Shown piece after piece: positions 27,506 through 39,914 of a DNA stretch of 64,000 nt. The first letter of the stretch is position 1. Every line of letters starts with the position of its first letter. The position numbers were made by a program, and so were the translations under genes. The stretch covers positions 173,910,001-173,974,000 of the forward strand of contig OX597815.1 in assembly GCA_951406725.2 (NCBI GenBank), in the 5' to 3' direction. Source of the stretch: Octopus vulgaris. Its lineage: Eukaryota. The notes beneath the pieces were generated by a model, which saw nothing but the letters and a program-made list of their open reading frames with translations, was not told the origin of the DNA and did not search any database.

Positions 27506-27774
27506 TATTTTTGTATTTTCAAATGTGGTGGTAGTGAGATCAAATTTTGTATAGACCATTTTTCTCATTGCTATCTAGGTTCATTCTACTAGCTTCGTGC
27601 TCGTTAGAATATAAATGAAGACATAGTAAACGAACAACAGTTTCATCTCGTTATGACATCAATTACACTGATGTCTAGCCCAGGGTTAGTTCTGATAATG
27701 TGGACATACAGTCAAAAGCTTTTCAGCAGTGATCGTTCCATCCCCTCAACTGCATTTTCTCTCTTTGTTTTCAG

Positions 27775-27884
27775 TATAATGTACCCAAAACTACTTCATT
27801 CAACGTGTCCCTTTTTAAAGTCTTGGTATTGCGTCGACAAGATCATGGAAGCAGGGGGAACAAATACCATTGTTAGCTACCTAT
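27775..27884 (+). pseudogene. Left half of an ORF/exon interrupted by the L1/Tx1 insertion (continues 31855-32009)
   Basis: Acceptor cattttctctctttgttttcAG at 27774; removing the LINE and one TSD copy gives an uninterrupted 86-aa frame from ATG 27779. Confidence 0.3.
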
Positions 27885-28475
27885 TTGGAAGAAATTCCAG
27901 AGACATTGAGGATCAGCGAGGAGGAGAGGGTGATAGTGTTTGTGGAGGGCAGAAAGCCGAGGTGTTTCGGCTGCGGTAAAAAGGGGCACGTGAGAGCGGA
28001 GTGCCAACCTAGGCCGCAGGAAGCAGCACTGCCAGAAAAAGAAAAACCAGAAGCGAAAACACCAGAAAACAAAGAAGCAACAGAAACAACAAGCGGCGAG
28101 GAAAAGGAAAAAGAGGAGGGGTGGTCAAAAATCACCATGAAAAAACGGAAAACAGAAACCACCCCTCAGAAAGAGAGCCAAAAAAAGAGAAAAGAAACTA
28201 CGAATACATTTATGGCCATTAAGGCAGCCAACAACAGGCTAATTAACGTTTTGGCAGCTATCGCAAAGGTGGAAAAAATTAAAAAAAGGAAAGATTTTAT
28301 TGTTTATAGAATAGGCCGGAAGGATTACGGACGGATAAAGTCCGAATTTTTTCATGACGTGGGCCCTCTGAGATTGGACATATCTCCATATATATACGAG
28401 GGCCTGCGTCGGACTCCCCCACGAGCTCAGGAAAAAGAAAAAAAAGTGAAGAAAAAGAACAAGTCGAACCACTGA
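27885..28475 (+). CDS. ORF1 C-terminal part (CCHC zinc knuckle), 5'-truncated
   Basis: VEGRKPRCFGCGKKGHVRAEC, homologous to VEGRRPRCFKCGEKGHVRSNC in copy 2. Confidence 0.8.
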   Translation: MEEIPETLRISEEERVIVFVEGRKPRCFGCGKKGHVRAECQPRPQEAALPEKEKPEAKTPENKEATETTSGEEKEKEEGWSKITMKKRKTETTPQKESQKKRKETTNTFMAIKAANNRLINVLAAIAKVEKIKKRKDFIVYRIGRKDYGRIKSEFFHDVGPLRLDISPYIYEGLRRTPPRAQEKEKKVKKKNKSNH

Positions 28476-28488
28476 TATAAGGTAAGCC

Positions 28489-31400
28489 ATGGATTACATT
28501 TATGTTGGTTGGTTAAATGTGCGCGGCCTGGGATCAAGCCGTTTCCTTAATGATATCAGGTCGCGTAATTTGGATGTTATTGTTGCTACAGAAACCCGGT
28601 TAGAGGGGCCAAGAGGTCTACTCCCGCTGTTTGACGGCTACGAGAGTTTTTTCTCTCCGGTCAGTCCTACCGGCGGGGGTGGGGTGTTGGTCCTATTAAA
28701 AAGAAACCGGGTTTTGAGAAAAAGTTAATTTTTTCAGATCCAGAAGGTAGGCTGGTCGTCATGGATTTGACGTTCAGTAACGGTAAAGTTATCAGACTGG
28801 TTGCAATTTACGCACCCAACCAAAAGGGGCAAAGTGATTATTTTCGAGAGCTGGAGAAGTTTCTTGGTACTTCACATTCATTAGTTGTGCTAGGAGACTT
28901 TAACACAATTTGCAAAGCGGATGTAAATTGTGTTGGCTTGCGTCCAGATAGAAAAGGCAACATCGGCTTTCTGGAACTGCTAAGCCGCTTTGAGCTAGCA
29001 GATCCTTATAGGTTGGAATTTCCGAACGCTCCATTGTGGACATGGTCAAGCAGCGACGGATCTTCCAGGTCATACATAGGATACTAATTAGAAAAGTAGA
29101 CAGAAAAATAGCTGTGTCCACAGTTTTACCTGGTCAGCTACAGTGATCATAAAATGGTCACTTGTAAGCTTGACATAGATAAGGTTAAAAATAGAGGCTC
29201 CGGTTATTGGAATCTTAATACGTCCCTTTTGGCGATTAAGGAGTACAGAGACTGGATTAGGACTATAATTCAGAGGGCGCTATCTGGTGCCATCATTAAT
29301 AACAAATGGTGGTATGTTCTCAAGCGAGCCATCAAATTCGAGTCTATTAGATATAGCATAGGATTAGTGGCTAGAGAGGCTAGGAGGGAATTAACTCTAG
29401 TTAAGGAATTAGAGGAAGCCTTTAAAACTGGCTCTGCGGCTCAGGTGACGGCCAAGAGACTGGCGTTAAACTAGCACCTCGAGGCCAAATACATGGGCTG
29501 CATTGTCAGGGCTAGGATCCGCGCAATGGGTTGTGAAAGAATCAACGCCGTGAGATGGGCCCGAGTGGTGGAAGCTCAGCGTGGTAATGATGCCACAATT
29601 CGATCTTTGACGAACCAACAAGGTAAGTTGATAAACGAACCCGAGGAGATATGTGATGCCTTTCAGGAGCACTTCGCTCAGCTTTTCGGTGGGGGCGGCG
29701 GACTGGATAGAAAGAGGGTCTTTACGGACCTCCTCGACGGGTTGCCGCGCCTATCGGGGCGAGATGCGGAGGGCTGTGAGGGGGCCAATCACGCCTGAGG
29801 AGGTGGTTGAGGTGATGCGGACTGCGGCGTCGAGTTTGGATGGTCTACCCCATGAATTATATGCCAAACTTGTTCGGTCACCTACTATGCGAACTGGCAG
29901 CAGAACGGGTTCATACCCAGATCTGTGTGCCGGGGAGTAGTGACACTTGTCAGAAAGGACCCGAGCAAGGGGGAGTGCATTGATAATTTCAGGCCTATCA
30001 CTCTGCTAAACACAGAGTTGAAGATTTTGGCCAAAGTGTTATCGAAAAGATTGGCGCGTGTCGCGGATGGTCTGATCGGGGAGGCACAGACATGTGCCGT
30101 TCCCGGCAGATCCATTCAGGATAATCTCCATCTTATGCGGTACACTATAGAAGGGTTTAATAGTGATTCTGGCAACGGTGGGGCACTGGTCCATTTAGAC
30201 CAATCTAAAGCATTTGATAGGGTCGACCAACGCTACCTGGTGTCTGCCCTGGCACAGTTCGGGCTGGGCCTTGGTTTCCTCAGGTGGATTATCCAAATTT
30301 ATGATAACATCGACTCGGTAGTTCGGGTGAACGGCTTCTTTTCGAGGTCGTTCAACATCAAGCGCTCGGATCGTCAAGGGTGTCCGCTCTCCCCGCTTTT
30401 GTACGTGGTGGCTCTTGAGCCACTACTGCGAAAACTTAGCGGCATCCCGAGACAGCCAGGTTGTGGAAAATCGGTGTCAGCTTACGCGGATGACATCACC
30501 ATCATCGTAACCGAAATGGATCACCTACAGAGGGTAGGCAAGGCCATAGAGGTTTACGAGACGGTGACAAGAGCAAAGGTTAATCGTGAAAAGTCAGTCG
30601 GCTTGCAGCTCGGAACCTGGAGAGGCAAGTTGATGCCTCCTGGCAGCGTCGTGGGACGTTGGACGGAGGGTCCGATTAAGTTGCTAGGGGTTTGGTTCGG
30701 ACCAGACCTCCAAATAGAGAAGAACTGGGGCGAGGTATCGAGCAGAGTGGCTGCTACAGCCAAGACCTGGTCTTGGCGGTGGCTATCCCTGAAAGGAAGG
30801 GCGGAGGTAGCCAATGTGTTTATCGCATCGGTTATCACCTACCGCCTATCCGTCGTTTCTTGCCCTGATTCGTGGTTGATCAAGTTGGAAAGACAGCTCT
30901 TCTACTTCTTGTGGAAGGGCGGGAAACCACTTGTGAAACGCTCTACTTGCTGTCAACAACCGCTAAAGGGTGGACTAGGGATGCCTTGGCTGATGATGCG
31001 CAGACATGCGCTGAGATTAAGACATCTGTGGCTCTACCTGGATGGTGAACGGGTGTGGTCTCCGCTAGCAAAACTGTTCCAACGTACATTCGGGTCAAAG
31101 ACTCTGGACAACTTCCAGAAGTCTCTGGCATGGCAGTGTTACAGAGGAGCTCTACCTGTTCGGGATAAACTCGCAAGGCACGGTGGCCAAGACAGTTCGA
31201 TATGTCCAAAATGCGAGCGGGATAGGGAAACCGTCCCGCACGCTATTGTTCATTGTTCGGTCGTGTCAGAGGTGTGGGTTTATGCCAAACAGCTGTTGTC
31301 AAGCACACGAAGAGTACAGCTGTCGACTGAGTCTATTATAAAAATTGACCCACCAGATTTCCTCGCGAAAGAAGATAAGAATTGTTTTCTCGTTGTAGTA

Positions 31401-31604
31401 GCAATTGCGAAAGAGGTGATTTGGAAGACTAGGATGAAAGGTTTACGGTCAGGTAAGTTCATCTCCGGCCCTGGATTGATGAATTACTTCATCTTTCACC
31501 TAAAAAGGAAGATAGGGCTGGAGAGAAAATGCCTGACTAAGAGAGTGTATGAAGAACGATGGAAGGATGTAGCACGAAAGTTGCGAGTGGATGATACCAC
31601 ATAA
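28489..31604 (+). pseudogene. ORF2 (APE endonuclease + reverse transcriptase), disrupted
   Basis: NVRG, ET, YAPN, GDFN, SDH endonuclease motifs; RPITLLN, DQSKAFD, QGCPLSP, YADD; CPKC...H...C; several frameshifts, an in-frame stop and an internal deletion. Confidence 0.92.
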
Positions 31605-33511
31605 ATGTAAAACTAGACGAAACCAAAGTATCAGTGGGGAGGCGGGGCTCGTGGGGTCCGAGCTAAACCCGCTCCCACTCCATCCGTAATGTCTTCCGGT
31701 CTGTTCTTCATTCGATTTTATATTTGTATTTTTTGAATTTTTAAAACTCATCTTTGTGTAACCCCATTCGTGTATCTGACCCCACATCAGATTGTATTGT
31801 CCCCTCTATGTTCGCCCCTAGTGGGTAATAATAAAACAATTGTTAGCTACCTATGTAGCTCTCCAGTAGAGAAAACGTACAAAGGGCGCTTGAACCTGAC
31901 AGCTGGACCCGTCTTGAAGCGAGACATAAGAGAAACGAGAGTTTCATGGATGTTCCATTATGCAGCACTTTCGTTTGAACCCACGGATGAATATAACAAA
32001 TGGCTGTGATTTAATAAAAATATTGCCGCTATTTGTAGCATACCAAGCCACTATGAATAGAATCTCTCATTGGCTCTCCGAAATAATGTATTAGCATTAC
32101 TTTTTATAACTTCGGTCAAAGAGAGTTTAGATGACATAGATAACATACGGCAAGTATTCATAAAGATATATTCTACATGAAAAAAAAAAAACTGTCTTCT
32201 ATTATATTTTCCATTCGCATTTCGGGGTGCCTTATAGGGATGTATTATTTTGTGTATCTCCTTCAGCCTCCTATTCATCTCGACACTATCAAACTGACCA
32301 GAAAACAAGTGCTGTGGTCCTTGGCACATCAAACGAAAAATTACCTTCAGTTTCTTTTTAATTATGTGGCCTACTTCTCGAAAAAGGCCCATGCCTGCTC
32401 TGCATCTTATATATCGATACATTTAAATTTTTTATTATTTTTATGGGCATCCCTAATATTTAAATAATCGTCACGCAGTTCAAGACGCGAAAGTTAGTGT
32501 AATTGAAAGCCTTCGCTAACGTAAACTAAGTTGTTAACGTTCTTTCTTGCATGTATGTCTATAATATAAATTTAAGTAATAAAAAATCTTGCACAACAAA
32601 TATTTAAACGTAATTTGTATAATATTATAGAAATATTTTCCAAAATAATTTGATTTTATTCTCACCATCATGCAAATTAATTATTGTAAACTTCTACTTC
32701 GAAGTATCGTTTGTAGAGTAATTGCTTAGTGGTTCAGTCAATTTCACAATCCATACGAGAAGACTTGATATATTTTTCAATTATGTTGAAGGATTAATTT
32801 GATAAATATGAGAACGACATGAGAATTCTAATAGCTTCACTCATACGGAACCCACCTGGTATTTGATAAATGAGCTGCCCATTTTTATTTATTTACACAT
32901 TTATTCATTCTATAACCTACCAAAGTATATATGCTTGTGTAGCGAGGAAACTGTCAGGGTAATTTATAATTTGTAGTGTATCTTGGACAATCTAATATCT
33001 ATCTACGAATAAGAAAGATGCTCTCTTCCGTTTTAAATACGACAAGGGCCAAACCCATGCCGGCTGATTTCCTGGCGCATTAAGTCATTCTCGGCAGACT
33101 ACGGAAATTTTTTTTTGTTTGTTTTATGTATTTTCCTGTTAGGTAATGTTTTTCATGTGCGAGAAATTGCCGAAGACACACACAAACTCTGGTAAAAAAA
33201 ATTTAAGTATATTAAAAAAAACAAAATTGGAGCTTAAACTACCGAGAAATGTGTTGGGAAATCGGCTGGTATAAGGTTGACACTTGCTACACTTAAAACG
33301 AAAGAATAACTGCTCCCCATCCAAGTTAGCTTGCCCACAATTTTCTATCTCTAATAGAAAGAATTATAAATTGTACATTTGATATGGGACTTCAGTTTAG
33401 AAACAGAAAATGATGTGTGTAATACACTCAAAACGATGAATTTTGCAAATAAACTTTTAAAAGTCATTGTCAGCGAATTGAAGGAGTTGTTCACACACAT
33501 CATCTCTCTCG

Positions 33512-33552
<41 letters not shown>

Positions 33553-34170
33553 TAATTATGGTATATTGTGTTAGGAACGTAGTTGAGTACAGTATAAACC
33601 TCGTCCACCTTCAAATTTACCCACCCTATGTTATCCAATTATACGTACTTCCAGGTTTGCGTTTGGGCATAATTGATGAAATTGGAGTTAAGAAGGAGTA
33701 CGGTTGGACATATATTTTTCAGTCACTACAATTGTTTCCACGCAACGTAGTTCTCCAGGCGTGCAGTTGATTATGCTATAGTTTCCCTGCATAATGAGAT
33801 TTAGCTGTGTTTCCTCAGGCGATATGTGAATATTGTCTCCGTAAGTTCAAAAAATTATTTGTGTCAAGAACATCCTCTGTTTGTCGTGGCCTGAATTTAG
33901 TAGTAGTCACTTAGTTTATCAGGGTGTGTTGTTGCTGAAGGACCATTGGCAAGATGCTTTGAATGTGTAGATGTAGTGGGATGGTGAAACTGCTACTGTT
34001 AAAGTGGTTGCTGTTTTAAAGATATTGACATTTGATTTCGCGCTCGCGAAAGGGTGTGGGGATCGGAAAATTCACATCGTGAATTTCCGAAAGGGTCTGA
34101 CCCGGGCACAAAAACAAAAAGAAAATAGTGTAATAGGTGTAAAACAACTTGCTCTAAACGAATATGACAA

Positions 34171-34443
34171 AACAACAACCCTACAAATTGGTGACCCGGA
34201 CAAAGAACATTAGCAGCAACAGATTCTATTGTGGCGGCTGGAATCGGTTGATGAAATGGCGCGAACCCAGTCAGACTTCCTCTGTAGAAGTTGTGAAAAG
34301 ATAGACGGAGCTTATTCATTGACGTCGAAATCACAAGTCTGACTGGGTTCGCGCCATTTCATCAACCGATTCCAGCCGCCACAATAGAATCTGTTGCTTC
34401 TAATGTTCTTTGTCCGGGGTCACCAATTTGTAGGGTTGTTGTT
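34171..34443. repeat. 108/109 bp inverted repeat with 56 bp spacer
   Basis: 34171-34278 vs 34335-34443; one substitution and one 1-nt indel seen. Confidence 0.95.
34412..34425 (-). promoter_or_regulatory. Primer-binding site complementary to tRNA-Trp 3' end
   Basis: TGGTGACCCCGGAC, 3 nt after the LTR end CTACA; animal tRNA-Trp ends ...GUCGGGGUCACCA. Confidence 0.8.
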
Positions 34444-34838
34444 ATCTATCTCTGTGATATCTGCACTTGTAGGGTACCTCACACATTTCCCTACAATGTT
34501 GTAGAAAGGAATAAAACGGCAGGAACACGAATAGCTGAACAAATAGGAATAATAGAAGATACTTCATCGCTGGTCATCAGTGGCATGAACGTCTGGGTTA
34601 GGAAGGCAGCAGAGTCGGATTAAATCATCATGGTTAAAAGAGTCTGGTTCGCTCGGAGCCTTGTCAGGACACGTCTTAATTCATCGACCGCCAAGAACCA
34701 AGATAATTGGAATAGCGGGAAAGGCTAACTGCTCCTGATTACTGCGCATGCACATCAGGGGGCTTCCGGCAGCATACCGGAAGACACCAAACATTGCACA
34801 TGCGCAGATGGACATCCCAAAACCCTGGCGTCACTACA
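34429..34838 (-). repeat. 410 bp LTR
   Basis: Starts TGTAGTG, ends CCCTACA (TGTAG/CTACA inverted termini), immediately followed by the PBS. Confidence 0.75.
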
Positions 34839-35071
34839 TATGTATGTACGTACGTCTTCTGTTTCGCTTATTTAGACTAAATTTTTTCTCATTATTGCTT
34901 TCCTTTTCCGTTTGCGTTGTGAGAAAATTGCTGCTCCCATTTTAAGAGAGTCGAAGTTGTGAATTTATTGTTTGTACCAACTGCTTTGAACAGTGCCCGT
35001 TGTGAAACGGTGATTTTCGCCCTACGGGGCAGAAAATTTTGTATTATTTGAAATTTGTTACCTTTGAGGTG

Positions 35072-36497
35072 ATGGAGTTCGACTTAACGTCGAAGGACGA
35101 TTTTCCCGTGATGGGAAAAGGTGAAACCATGGAAAACCCAGTAACCAAACAGTCATTCTCGGCCGCGGTTGGCGGCGCTATGATAGAGGTCGAATTCAAG
35201 ATCGAACAGCTGTATGAATACAGGAATCTTGTAAAGGTGGAAGGAGGAGAGATAAGGTTGGTACCGCCGCAAGCGAAAGTGCAAGAAATCAAGGAAAGGA
35301 TTGTAACTTATAAAGTGTATAGCTTTAAGGAAAAAAAGATCATGGACGCGAAAAACGAAATTGTTGAGAAGTGCCTGTCCCCGGTGTGGGACAGAATTCG
35401 TCACATCGCGAGAGGCGCACGTAGTGCTACGGTAGAGGTGCACTTCGACACGGCAGAAGTGGCGAAGGAGGTGTCGTCGCTAACCTTAAAAAGCGACGAC
35501 ATCATGTTGTTACCCTCGTATATGGGGAAACGAACTGCAAAGTTAGTGGTGGATGACATACCCAGAGGGTACGACATCATGTGGGTGGCAGCGGCGGTAC
35601 TACACAACATGGAGCGGGAAATTTCAATTCTGCAAATGAGAAGGAAGGAAGTGGTACGCTGGAAGGGTCAGACCTTGGAACTCCTCGTACAGGCAGAGAA
35701 CAAGATCTTGGAGAGCCTGCCTGACAGAATTTTTAATGAGGATGGCACGTCCATGAGAGTGTCGGTGGAGGGACGTAGACCCAGATGCTTCAAGTGTGGA
35801 GAGAAGGGTCACGTCCGGTCCAACTGCATTAAGAAAAAAAAAGAATAGAAGAATCGCCTCCTCCAAGTGTACCTGTCACTGAAGGGGAGGAAACAAGCAA
35901 GAACAACCAAATGAAGAAGACAAGTACGGAAACGAAAACGGATCCAAAAGAACCAATGGACTATACACAAGTCACACACAAAAGAAAAAAGAGAACACCC
36001 AGGACTCCCCTCCCCAAACAAGGAAAAAAACAACAAACACAGCAGACACACACATTAAACAAATCCCCCAACCCTACCCCCATGGCACTGTTTTCATTGG
36101 AAAACAGTTTGCCAAACCCCTCCCCATAAAACAAGACATCAAAAAGTGCATATCGAAAAACGAAAGAATTATAGCCTTTGATGAAAAAAATGAAAAAGTT
36201 TACAAATGCTGCAAACTCGCGAGATTTCCACTGTATAGTAGAACCTCAGATGGGAAGGCGACCGCTCGTTTCGCGAAGGTAGGGGAGAACGAGTGGAAGG
36301 AGGAGGTTCTTCAGGAACACCTGAGGAACCGGCTTATTAGAGATGTAACCAAGGAGGTAATGGAGGGTAAACTGGCAATAACCCCGGCAACCACACCCAC
36401 CCAGAGCCCAGTGGCAACGCCGGTCAAGAACCCTGCAGCAACGGAAGAAAGGGAAGCAGGCAGATTGAAACTGTCATGCTCCCTCTCGCAACCGTGA
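35072..36497 (+). CDS. ORF1 (gag-like nucleic-acid binding, CCHC knuckle), two apparent -1 frameshifts in A-runs
   Basis: ATG 35072; CFKCGEKGHVRSNC; frame shifts near 35840 and ~35985; third frame open to TGA at 36495-36497. Confidence 0.8.
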
Positions 36498-36525
36498 GTA
36501 TATACATTTCCTTCTCTCACCCACA

Positions 36526-39500
36526 ATGGCTAAGCTGGGCTGTATAAATGTACGTGGAATGGGGTCGAAACGGAAACAAATTTGTTTCCTGAACGACCTC
36601 ACGACACACAGTGTAGATATTGCTATTGCAACCGAGTCCAAGATGAGCGAGACCCAAGCGTTCTCGCCTCTTCTAAATGGTTTCGAGAAATTTATTTCTC
36701 CTAGCCGAGGAAGAGGCAGAGGCGTGGCAGTCTTCATCAGGAAGAGCTTGGACTTGCAGGTAAGTACTGTCTTTCTGGACCCAGAAGGCAGGCTGGTTGT
36801 CCTGGATGTGACTCACGTAAGTAAACAGTCCTTCAGGTTGGTAGCTGTCTACGCCCCGAACGAGGGTAGACAGACGGGTTTTTTCCGGAACCTGGAGCCC
36901 TTTTTAGCGACGTCGAAAACAGTAATCCTAGTAGGGGACTTTAACACTGTCCTTGAAGCGCACATCGACAGTGTTGGCTCAACCAATAGGAAGGGGAACC
37001 CTAGCCTCAAGGGTCTACTAGAGAGCTTTGATCTAGTGGACCGTTACCGACTGGATGAGCCGAGCGTTCCACAGTGGACGTGGAGTAACAACGACGGCTC
37101 ACACAGATCGTATCTAGATAGGATATTTATTAAGAAAAGAGATAAGGATACGTTTAGTTGTCCACAATTTCATATTGTACCTTACTCGGATCACAAATTT
37201 GTGACGTGTGAGGTGCAATTAGACAAGTGTCATAGACAGGGACCCGGGTACTGGAAGCTGAACAAGGCTATTTTGAATTGTGAAGACTTCCGTACCCGGA
37301 TTAAGGTGTTAGTTCAGAGGGCATTGTGTGGCACCATCATTAACAATAGATGGTGGCACGCCCTCAAAAGAGCCATTCGTTTAGAGTCCGTCAGATTTAG
37401 CAATCAGCTAAGGATAGATAGGGCTAGTCTAGAGGGCGATTTAGTCAAGAATCTAGACGAGGCAATGGAAGCTGGCTCTGCATCCGGAGTGTTGGCGGCA
37501 AGGACGGTATTGTACCGTCACCTTAACTCCAAGTACGAAGGTTGCAGAGTCAGAGCTAAGCTGCGTGCTGGGAAACGAGAAGGTATTAACGTGGCCGGAT
37601 GGGCCCGTCGTGTGGAGAGTAAGAGAGGCAATAGAGCCTCAATTAAATCTTTGACTGACGAACAGGGACAAAAGATCTATGGACAGGAGGAGATGCAAAA
37701 GTTTCTTCACCAGCATTTCGCTCGCGTGTTCGGGGGTGGTGGTTCGCTGGATCGGGGAGGGCCTTAAAGGACTTCCTGGCCGGCGGACCGCGGCTCGCGG
37801 GGCGTGAAGTGGAGTGCTGTGAGGGAGCGATCACTCCCGCGGAGATAAAGGAGATACTGGCCGGATGCGCCGGGGAGAAGTCGCCGGGGTTGGATGGTCT
37901 GCCCTATGAGTTTTACCAAAGTATGCCGGACTTGTTCGGGGGAATACTGGCAGGCGTCTACACGAACTGGCAGCAGAATGGGAGAATCCCCAGTTCTGTA
38001 AGCCGGGGAGTGGTGACGCTAATCCAGAAAGACCCGAGCAAGGGGGATAATATTAGTAACTACAGGCCCATAACTCTACTTAATGTAGAGTTAAAGATTC
38101 TGGCCAAGGTGTTAGCAAAAAGGTTGACGGTTGTCGTGGAGAAACTTGTAGGGAGAGCACAGACATGTGCAATTCCAGGCAGGTCGATCCAGGACAATCT
38201 TCACCTTATACGCTACACCTTAGATAGGGTGGGTAAATTAGCCGGCAAAGGTGGGGTAATGGTCCATTTAGACCAAAGTAAAGCCTTCGATAGGGTAGAC
38301 CATGGGTACCTGGCGACGGTCCTCGAAGCGACTGGGCTGGGCCCTGAATTTCGCGGGTGGATCTCCGCTATGTATAGCGGCATCAAGTCCACCGTCCAGA
38401 TAAACGGTTACCTAACGGAACCGTTTTCGATCAAGTGTTCAGTGCGTCAGGGGTGCCCCTTGTCACCACTTTTGTACGTATTGGCTCTTGAGCCACTGCT
38501 GCGAAAGTTGGAGAGGCTGGGGAGTAACTCGGATGAAATCGGAGGTGGGAGGACGGTGACTGCTTACGCGGATGACGTCACCCTCATCGTGTCCAAAGAG
38601 GCCCAACTACCTTGTGTGGAGGAGGTTATCAGAGGATACGAGGCGGTGGCAGGAGCAAAGGTTAACAAGGACAAATCGGTTGGCTTGCGCCTCGGCACCT
38701 GGAGGAGCAAGCCGATATCGTCCAGTGTCGTGGGACACTGGACGGATGGCCCTGTTAAGTTGCTGGGAGTTTGGTTTGGACCAGACTCCCAAACGGAGAA
38801 GAACTGGAGCGAGGTGACGAGCAGGGTGGAGGCCATAGTACGGACCTGGTCCGGAAGGTCTCTGTCCCTGAAAGGAAGGGCGGAGGTGGTGCAGATGTTT
38901 ATTGCATCTGTAATCACCTACCGCCTGACCGTTGTCCCTTGCCCCGATTCATGGCTTAACAAGTTGGAACGAATCCTTTTCCGCTTTTTGTGGAAAGGAA
39001 GAAAGCCACTTGTGAGACGATCCGTTTGCTGCCAAGAACCGTTAAAGGGCGGGTTAGGGATGCCTTGGTTGATGATGCGCAGACATGCGTTGAGGCTAAG
39101 GCACCTCTGGCACCACCTGGAGGGTGATAAGGTGTGGAGTCCGCTGGCAGAGGGATTTTTCCCGAGACCGGCCTCCTTAGTTAATTTTAAACCCGGTTAC
39201 ATCAAAAGATGGAAACTGACTCCATGGCAAAAAGAGTGCCGACAGGCACTCACGCTGATCCACAAGACGGGTAAGGCCGGCTGCGGAAATACCACCTCGG
39301 TATTTTATAGAGGGCTGGTGGAGGTAAAAAATGACGACGTCCTAGGAGGGGCTCTGGGGTTTGATGAAGACCAGCTCGCCAACCTGTTTAAAAAAACTTT
39401 CAGGTCGGGGTATTTGGATAATTTCCAAAGATCCCTGGCCTGGCAGTGCTACAGGAATGCTTTACCTGTTCGCGAGAAGTTATCGCGGCACGGAGTTCAA

Positions 39501-39914
39501 GTGCCACCGACGTGTCCAAGGTGCGGGTTGGACGATGAAACCGTCCAGCACGCCTTTGTTCACTGTCGGAAGTTGTCCGACTTGATAAGTTACGCAGAAC
39601 ACGTGTTGTCCCATCTGGGACGAGTACAGCTGTCGGCTGAGTCTATGATTAAGATGATACCGCCAACTGGACTCTCGAAGGAAGGTGAGGCATGTTTCCA
39701 CTGCACGGTGGCAGTGGTAAAGGAATGCATGTGGAGAACGAGAATGGAAGGAGCCGCGATAGGGTCCTTCATCTCCGGACCCGGCTTGCTCACTTACTTC
39801 AGATATCATCTGAAGAGCAAAATGGGGCTGGAGAAGAGGACCCTGCCGCGGGGTGTGTACGAGAAAAGATGGAAGGAAGTAGAAAGAAAGGTGGGTGTGA
39901 GAAACCCAGCTTGA
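36526..39914 (+). CDS. ORF2 APE endonuclease/reverse transcriptase/Zn-binding, single -1 frameshift near 37760
   Basis: ORFs 36526-37767 and 37809-39914 join if one G is added in GGAGGGCC; NVRG, YAPN, GDFN, SDH, KSPGLDG, KAFD, QGCPLSP, YADD, CPRC...H...C all intact. Confidence 0.95.

Larger units (their letters stand above)
27885..31838 (+). mobile_element. 5'-truncated L1/Tx1-clade non-LTR retrotransposon (copy 1)
   Basis: 16 bp TSD ATTGTTAGCTACCTAT at 27869-27884 and 31839-31854; ORF1 zinc knuckle, APE, RT and C-terminal Cys motif. Confidence 0.95.
33560..34838 (-). mobile_element. Ty3/gypsy LTR retrotransposon relic: 5' LTR, PBS, decayed gag-like sequence
   Basis: LTR and PBS as listed below; downstream degenerate gag-like peptides (HISPEETQLNLI, QFHQL), weak. 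Confidence 0.7.

Noticed and set aside
37755-37770. Programmed -1 ribosomal frameshift in ORF2
   Set aside because: No X XXY YYZ slippery heptamer; copy 1 is in frame across this point, so a 1-nt deletion or sequencing error is simpler
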